Sequence record: OK428602.1
Direction: 5' to 3' (one strand)
Origin: Vibrio phage BX-1
DNA length: 40,000 nt
The notes under the pieces: model-generated
Told to the model about the DNA's origin: nothing
Databases searched by the model: none
What the model saw: only the letters and a program-made list of their open reading frames with translations
Translations under genes and position numbers: made by a program
In this document: piece by piece, positions 35,038-40,000 of the stretch
Layout of the letters: each line of letters starts with the position of its first letter
Numbering within the stretch: position 1 is the stretch's first letter

Positions 35038-35945
35038 TGGAGATTATTGATAACATGCTTCGTTACAATGGCGATAAGAAAGAAGTATTGCCATACATTA
35101 TGGAGTTGGTGCGACAATCCTCCGCAATGAAGGATGGCGTTATCTTCAATGACGTGTTTGGTGGTTCGGGTGTTGTGTCCATTAATATGGCGAAGATGTT
35201 TGAACTTGAAGACGTCAATGCACTGGTCAACTATAACGAATACGACAAATGTTGTTATCGTGTGATCGAGAGCCTGAAATATATGTCGCCTGATGTTGTG
35301 ATGGCGGATTTGGAGAAGCTACAAGCACAGTTTGGCCCAACCAAAGGCAATAAGGATGCGTTCTGGGCGATGCGTGACTTCGTGAATGCGAATCATGACC
35401 GTTGTCCATGGTTGGATATTGGTATTGTGCGATGTGCATTCTCGTCAACACCACGTTGGAATGGTTCAGGTGGTTTCAATAATCCTCCAGGCAATCGCGA
35501 TTGGAATCCAAGTGATCACTGGCAGACGTTGTACGATACCCATTGCTGGTTGACATCAGTGTATATGAGCTCTCATGAGTTCATGACATTCTTTGATATG
35601 CATCGTACCGGTCCTGATGTCATTGACTACCTGGATCCGCCATACACAATCACTAATGCGAACTATATGCATGGTTGGTCGTTTGAACATGACCTGAAGC
35701 TGATTGATATGGCAGAGAATCGTGCATCCTCTGGTGGGTTGTTCATCATGAGCAATGTTCTGGCGCATCGTGGTAAGCGTAATCATATCCTGGAAGATTG
35801 GATCAAGAACAATCCTGACCTGAATGTCTACTACATTGACAAGAAGACATACAAGATAGCACGATTGCTTGACACTGACCATGGTACGGTTGAAGTTCTG
35901 ATCACCAACATTAAAGGAGATTTGGAAAATGTCGGACGTGATTAA
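35037..35945 (+). CDS. DNA adenine N6-methyltransferase (D12/Dam class)
   Basis: LRYNGDKKEVLPYI, FNDVFGGSGVVSI, catalytic VIDYLDPPYT; the track start at 35034 is a GTG directly before this ATG. Confidence 0.92.
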   Translation: MEIIDNMLRYNGDKKEVLPYIMELVRQSSAMKDGVIFNDVFGGSGVVSINMAKMFELEDVNALVNYNEYDKCCYRVIESLKYMSPDVVMADLEKLQAQFGPTKGNKDAFWAMRDFVNANHDRCPWLDIGIVRCAFSSTPRWNGSGGFNNPPGNRDWNPSDHWQTLYDTHCWLTSVYMSSHEFMTFFDMHRTGPDVIDYLDPPYTITNANYMHGWSFEHDLKLIDMAENRASSGGLFIMSNVLAHRGKRNHILEDWIKNNPDLNVYYIDKKTYKIARLLDTDHGTVEVLITNIKGDLENVGRD

Positions 35946-36096
35946 AGACCCAGTCATGCTTGAAGCGCACATTGTCCAGACTGGTGAGCGTAAGTTGTCT
36001 GGACCTTATGAGCGTGAGGAGATTGCTCACTGGATTGCACGTAAAGAAGGTGAACTTGGCGATATCTATATCCAGCACCAAATTGTTGAAGTGTAA
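35929..36096 (+). CDS. Small hypothetical protein (55 aa)
   Basis: MSDVIKDPVMLEAHIVQTGERKLSGPYEREEIAHWIARKEGELGDIYIQHQIVEV; overlaps the methylase 3' end; not in the ORF track. Confidence 0.65.
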   Translation: MSDVIKDPVMLEAHIVQTGERKLSGPYEREEIAHWIARKEGELGDIYIQHQIVEV

Positions 36097-36149
36097 TATA
36101 ATGAAACCCTGGCATTTGTCAGGGTTTTTTATTATCTGGAGGAAATATC

Positions 36150-36512
36150 ATGGCGAAATGTAAAGCTGTGCACAAGAACTTCAATAAGTACGATGTGTAC
36201 ATTGGTCGCGGGGGTATGTGGGGTAATTATGCTTTCGAAGAAGGTATGACTCGTTCCCAAGCGATCGCTGCTTATGAGAAGTATCTATTGGCTGACGAGT
36301 TGCTGATGGCACAGTTGCCCACACTGATTGGTAAGCGCCTGGGTTGTTACTGTCGTCGAGAGGATGATCCTACTAAGTCGAAGCCATGTCATGGAGACAT
36401 CATCGCAAAATACGTTAACAGATTGGGTAATCCATTCTTCAAAAGTTTTACCAAACGCATAATGGGGCTTCATCGTAAACATTTTCCTAATTCAGGAGTG
36501 ACAATACCATGA
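36150..36512 (+). CDS. DUF4326-like protein
   Basis: DVYIGRGGMWGNYAFEEGMTRSQAIAAYEKYL...GKRLGCYCRREDDPTKSKPCHGDIIAKYV. Confidence 0.8.
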   Translation: MAKCKAVHKNFNKYDVYIGRGGMWGNYAFEEGMTRSQAIAAYEKYLLADELLMAQLPTLIGKRLGCYCRREDDPTKSKPCHGDIIAKYVNRLGNPFFKSFTKRIMGLHRKHFPNSGVTIP

Positions 36513-36733
36513 AGAAATGTTTAAAGGGTTTAGGTATCATTTGGGGAGGTGGATTCATCATATCCCAGATTATCTATGCAGTGATTGGTCTCATCTTTTT
36601 ATTCGTGTTTGGTAATGCTGATGACGCATGGCCACACTTAGTAAAAGTTGCTGAAAATATTGCCACTGCATACCTATACGGTTGTATCACCATGACCGTT
36701 GCTTTCATCATTACTTTTGTTCGCAACAAATAA
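36509..36733 (+). CDS. Predicted membrane protein
   Basis: 74 aa with two hydrophobic segments. Confidence 0.78.
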   Translation: MKKCLKGLGIIWGGGFIISQIIYAVIGLIFLFVFGNADDAWPHLVKVAENIATAYLYGCITMTVAFIITFVRNK

Positions 36734-36748
36734 CACAGAGAGAATATC

Positions 36749-37291
36749 ATGATCAAATCGGATTACATCTGTCCAAAGACTATTTGGGCTCATATGGTAT
36801 GTGCGGAAGCTCATGCCAAGTTATCACACGCTACCAAACATAAAGTTGGTTGTGTCATTGTTAAATACAATACACCAATTGCTTCCGGTTGCAACGGTAC
36901 AATGCCTGGCGATAGCAATGACTGTGAAGCGCCAGGCGCATCTTTAGTCCATGCTGAGCCTAACGCTCTTAAGAAGCTGGAACGTCTCACAGAGACAGCC
37001 ATAGGTGCCTTGGCAGTGGTTACACGTGAACCATGTGCTAACTGTGTTAAAGAATTATGGATGTCAGGCATCGAGAAGGTTGTCTTCCGCGATATTCGCA
37101 ATTCAGGGCATTGTGGTCTGATTGAAGCCGAGAAACGTGGTGTTAAGCTATGGCTTTTGAAAGATGACTTATGTGTACCTGTAACAGTCTCAAGCGACAA
37201 CCAGCTTGTCATCATCAAACCTGGGCGCTTTGTTGAAGAAAAGCCCTTTAAAGTTAACACTCATCCAACATCAGGAGATATCCATGGATAA
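36749..37291 (+). CDS. cd: Deoxycytidylate (dCMP) deaminase-like protein
   Basis: LVHAEPNALKKL and TREPCANCVKELWMSGIEKVVF zinc-deaminase motifs. Confidence 0.85.
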   Translation: MIKSDYICPKTIWAHMVCAEAHAKLSHATKHKVGCVIVKYNTPIASGCNGTMPGDSNDCEAPGASLVHAEPNALKKLERLTETAIGALAVVTREPCANCVKELWMSGIEKVVFRDIRNSGHCGLIEAEKRGVKLWLLKDDLCVPVTVSSDNQLVIIKPGRFVEEKPFKVNTHPTSGDIHG

Positions 37292-37496
37292 CCAAAATGA
37301 AGGCTACGTACTAGCTGTAACACCTACACAAGCACAACTGATCATGCAAGCATTAGGCGAGTTGCCGGCTAAGCTTTCAATGAGTTTGATTCAAGTAATC
37401 GAGAGCCAGACTGCTAACCAAGAAGAATTGGTTGAACGTATCTATCAGAGCGAGCATACACGACGTACAGAGTCAAATGAGTCTGAAGCCAAGTAA
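37284..37496 (+). CDS. Hypothetical protein
   Basis: ATG 37284 in frame with track ORF 37206..37496. Confidence 0.72.
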   Translation: MDNQNEGYVLAVTPTQAQLIMQALGELPAKLSMSLIQVIESQTANQEELVERIYQSEHTRRTESNESEAK

Positions 37497-37513
37497 ACAT
37501 CTTAGTCAGATAT

Positions 37514-37545
37514 AAGAAAGCCCCAGGATTGATTCTGGGGCTTTT
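37514..37545. terminator. Bidirectional intrinsic terminator 1 between convergent genes
   Basis: AAAGCCCCAG-GATTGATT-CTGGGGCTTT with T tract. Confidence 0.9.
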
Positions 37546-37564
37546 TAGTATTCGGAATAAAAAT

Positions 37565-37598
37565 AAACCCTGATGTGATATGCATCAGGGTTTTTATT
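37565..37598. terminator. Bidirectional intrinsic terminator 2
   Basis: AAACCCTGATG-TGATATG-CATCAGGGTTTTTATT. Confidence 0.9.
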
Positions 37599-38250
37599 AG
37601 TTATTGAGGATGTAGTCTAGGTCATAACCTTCAGGCCTATCCAATGCACCAATAGTAATGGCTTGGTATTGGAAGCGAAGCCAATCAAGTACAGCATCAT
37701 GGACTGGATGGTGGTAAACCATGCCAGGAATATCTTTAGGATCGATACCAGCATATCGGTCTGCTCCCCAGGCCTTCAATACAGAAGTGATTTCGAAACC
37801 ATTACGGTATGACCAGGGTTGGATACTACCAGTCTGATCAAACATATGCTTCAGTTTGGATAGGTCATATGCGTTACGGTCACCGATATCCATTGTTTTG
37901 ATATCCATACCCAGAGCTCGTGTATGCTTCCAGATGGCGTCTGTGATAGTGCCAATGGAAACATCCTCTGGACTAGGGTAAAGACTCACACGGCGTGATT
38001 CAAGGTTCGTATGGCTATCATTAAGCCAGAACTCAGTCATCACGTTCTCATCGAATGAGCGTTTGTACTTATTAGCTTGTTCCTTGACATCAAACTTGAG
38101 GAACATTGAGTACGTCTCACACAATTGTTTGAATGTTAGTGTCTTATCGACTGGGGCTGTACACAGACCAAATGAAAGAACTTGCGCATCATCAGTATGC
38201 GCAAGTGTTTCAAGGTCGGCGATAGCTAAGTTCATATCACCTGAAAACAT
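37597..38250 (-). CDS. dexA: DexA-like 3'-5' exonuclease
   Basis: N-terminal LAIADLETLAHTDDAQVLSFG and C-terminal YHHPVHDAVLDWLRFQYQ (DED-type exonuclease motifs as in T4 DexA). Confidence 0.8.
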   Translation of the reverse strand: MFSGDMNLAIADLETLAHTDDAQVLSFGLCTAPVDKTLTFKQLCETYSMFLKFDVKEQANKYKRSFDENVMTEFWLNDSHTNLESRRVSLYPSPEDVSIGTITDAIWKHTRALGMDIKTMDIGDRNAYDLSKLKHMFDQTGSIQPWSYRNGFEITSVLKAWGADRYAGIDPKDIPGMVYHHPVHDAVLDWLRFQYQAITIGALDRPEGYDLDYILNN

Positions 38251-38259
38251 AGTGGTTCC

Positions 38260-38817
38260 TTACAATTTTTGATAGATTTTGATTGAATGTGGGATATCGC
38301 AATCAACATGAGTCGTCTCAGCGATTAGTTTGTAGTTAATGTTTGAGTCAAATGATTCATGGAAATAAACAGGCTTATTGAATGGCTTTGATGTTAGGTT
38401 AGTGGTTACATGCCACACATCAATATGTTCCATAAATTGACGGTAAACTGTGCCGCCACCGATCACAAAAATAGGACGATGTTCCATCTTGGCCATCAAT
38501 TGGGCTACGACCAAGGCTTGACTAACGTTATTGACGATCTCGACCCCTGACAATTCCAATACTTCTTTGTCAAATTTTGAAGTTTTCATGTATTGTTCTT
38601 TGGATTGCGATGTCAACACGATATGTTCACGACCCTTTAGTAGGCCAGGAAGACTTTCAAACGTCTTTGAACCCATAATACACACAGCATTTTTGGTTAC
38701 AGTGCGGAAGTACTTCATGTCGTCTTTGTTGATATACGCTAGCTCGTTGTCACCATGACCAATAACATTGTTAAGGTCACGAGCAACAATCGATTGTATT
38801 AATGGATTACATGCCAT
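38260..38817 (-). CDS. frd: Dihydrofolate reductase
   Basis: IQSIVARDLNNVIGHG, AVCIMGSKTFESLPGLLKGREHIVLTSQ, IFVIGGGTVYRQFM. Confidence 0.92.
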   Translation of the reverse strand: MACNPLIQSIVARDLNNVIGHGDNELAYINKDDMKYFRTVTKNAVCIMGSKTFESLPGLLKGREHIVLTSQSKEQYMKTSKFDKEVLELSGVEIVNNVSQALVVAQLMAKMEHRPIFVIGGGTVYRQFMEHIDVWHVTTNLTSKPFNKPVYFHESFDSNINYKLIAETTHVDCDIPHSIKIYQKL

Positions 38818-39424
38818 AAGTCAACTCCAATTTTTCTGTGATGTGAGAGTTTACTTGATCAACCGTAACATGACTAGGTAAAGAGAAAGTTGTCTTTTGC
38901 CATGGTTCATCAGGAGCATTCAGGACGTCATGATGGTGAATCCACTTCCCATCAATATGATTGGTATAGAGACGGATATTGATGTCTTCTGGTTCATCAC
39001 GGTAGTCCTGGTCGTGATTATCAAACACATCACGCAGTGTATTCCATGCATCACTGGCTTTGACATCCTTAATGAACTGCTCTTGACTGATCTCATAAGC
39101 ATGAATGTTGATCTGATAATCACAATCGAACAGATCAATAGCACCGGAAGGGATGCGGTAGAATTTATATTCCATGCGATCATTGTATACACGGTTGAGA
39201 TCGATATGATTGCCATGTGATGATACACGCTTCAACATCTGGGCCAAGAATATCACTAACTCATCGACTCCATAAGAGTGATAGGCATAGTGCTCTGTAC
39301 GTAGGTCCATACCTTTGTTGTTGTAACCAACGCCTGATGATGTGATATAAGCAGATGGACCACCCGCAAGTGTGTAATGATAGCCTGGTTGACCAAAGCC
39401 AATTAGATAACGATAGTTTGCCAT
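38807..39424 (-). CDS. Hypothetical protein
   Basis: ATG at 39424 (MANYRYLIGFGQPGYHYTLAGG), preceded by TTGGAGAAATATC; the track extends it upstream to 39544. Confidence 0.8.
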   Translation of the reverse strand: MANYRYLIGFGQPGYHYTLAGGPSAYITSSGVGYNNKGMDLRTEHYAYHSYGVDELVIFLAQMLKRVSSHGNHIDLNRVYNDRMEYKFYRIPSGAIDLFDCDYQINIHAYEISQEQFIKDVKASDAWNTLRDVFDNHDQDYRDEPEDINIRLYTNHIDGKWIHHHDVLNAPDEPWQKTTFSLPSHVTVDQVNSHITEKLELTYGM

Positions 39425-39491
39425 GATATTTCTCCAATAAAATAAAAAGGTCCCAGTAATAATACTGAGACCTTGACTTTTGATGTTGAGT

Positions 39492-40000
39492 TTACTTGAA
39501 TTTTTCTTGGTGTGCTTGGTGACCAAGCAAGAAGCCTTCTGCAAACAATAGACCTTCGTTGTCCATCAGTTTTGTGAAGTCATACACATAAGAATGCATA
39601 TGTTTCAGTACACCCCCATCCATGATTTGGTCCATCAATACGTTGTCTGGATACCAGGTTAGTTTCTGATCTTCAGACGTCTGAGGTCCACGAGCTATGA
39701 CGTCGTAACGACGGTACACTTCGATCATCTGTTCAAGCTTTTCGGCACCATACATTTCTTCACGAGATGCACACATGTCCAGGAAGTTCTGTTTCCAAGT
39801 GTCAAACTCTGGTAGACAGAAGATGATGCTGATACTTGGACAGTATTTCGCAAGTTGTGCATACAGACTTGGATGATGTGACGCCTTTTCCGGGCGGAAA
39901 GTTGACTGATACACGTAAGTCGAAATACATTGGCGATCCAGGATTACCAAACGGTCTTTCGCTAATTCTTCAGCATGTGCTAATAGACCAATGTTGTAAT
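39492..40000 (-). CDS. Thymidylate/dNMP kinase-like protein, truncated at the window edge
   Basis: Open through the window edge. Contains LVILDRQCISTYVYQSTF and IFCLPEFDTWKQNF, resembling the kinase DR...S..aYQ motif. The Walker A region would lie outside the window. Confidence 0.5.
   Translation of the reverse strand, partial: YNIGLLAHAEELAKDRLVILDRQCISTYVYQSTFRPEKASHHPSLYAQLAKYCPSISIIFCLPEFDTWKQNFLDMCASREEMYGAEKLEQMIEVYRRYDVIARGPQTSEDQKLTWYPDNVLMDQIMDGGVLKHMHSYVYDFTKLMDNEGLLFAEGFLLGHQAHQEKFK

Noticed and set aside
1-40000. CRISPR array
   Set aside because: The repeated elements (CTTCAAAAGTT, leader modules) are dispersed and not regularly spaced; no array of direct repeats with spacers was seen.
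1-40000. tRNA genes
   Set aside because: No T-arm GTTCRA-type box with matching acceptor and anticodon stems was noticed by eye. A tRNAscan-SE run would be decisive.
1-40000. Insertion sequences, homing endonucleases or introns
   Set aside because: No transposase, GIY-YIG, HNH or LAGLIDADG motif was recognised, and the topoisomerase and primase genes are uninterrupted.

Overview
This 40 kb window is almost entirely coding and looks like part of a large tailed-phage genome with T4-type replication and nucleotide-metabolism genes. Recognisable products are a type II topoisomerase large subunit, a DnaG/gp61-type primase, a DexA-like exonuclease, DHFR, a dCMP deaminase, a Dam-type methylase, an SprT-like metallopeptidase, an HTH-metallophosphoesterase and an AAA+ ATPase. 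Most genes (about 0.6-37.5 kb) are on the + strand in tight ATGA-overlapped operons of small hypothetical proteins. A minus-strand nucleotide-metabolism cluster (37.6-40 kb) converges on them across two strong hairpin terminators. The most interesting content is: (1) an apparent NAD+/ADP-ribose gene set, consisting of a macrodomain (1054-1521), a NADAR-domain protein (12000-12677) and a small Arr-like ADP-ribosyltransferase-fold protein (14814-15113), plus a possible Acb2/Tad1-type cyclic-nucleotide sponge (4710-5090); (2) a PolB palm-like protein with altered catalytic motifs (17735-18595); (3) a highly over-represented near-palindromic 11-mer, CTTCAAAAGTT, found in all three reading frames, between genes and near stop codons; (4) a repeated hairpin plus leader module (consensus TATYATTACCYCATCGAAACAAACAACATCCAYTAAGGA) upstream of at least six genes; (5) a hairpin that would bury the primase Shine-Dalgarno. 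All family assignments come from motifs read by eye. No database search was run.
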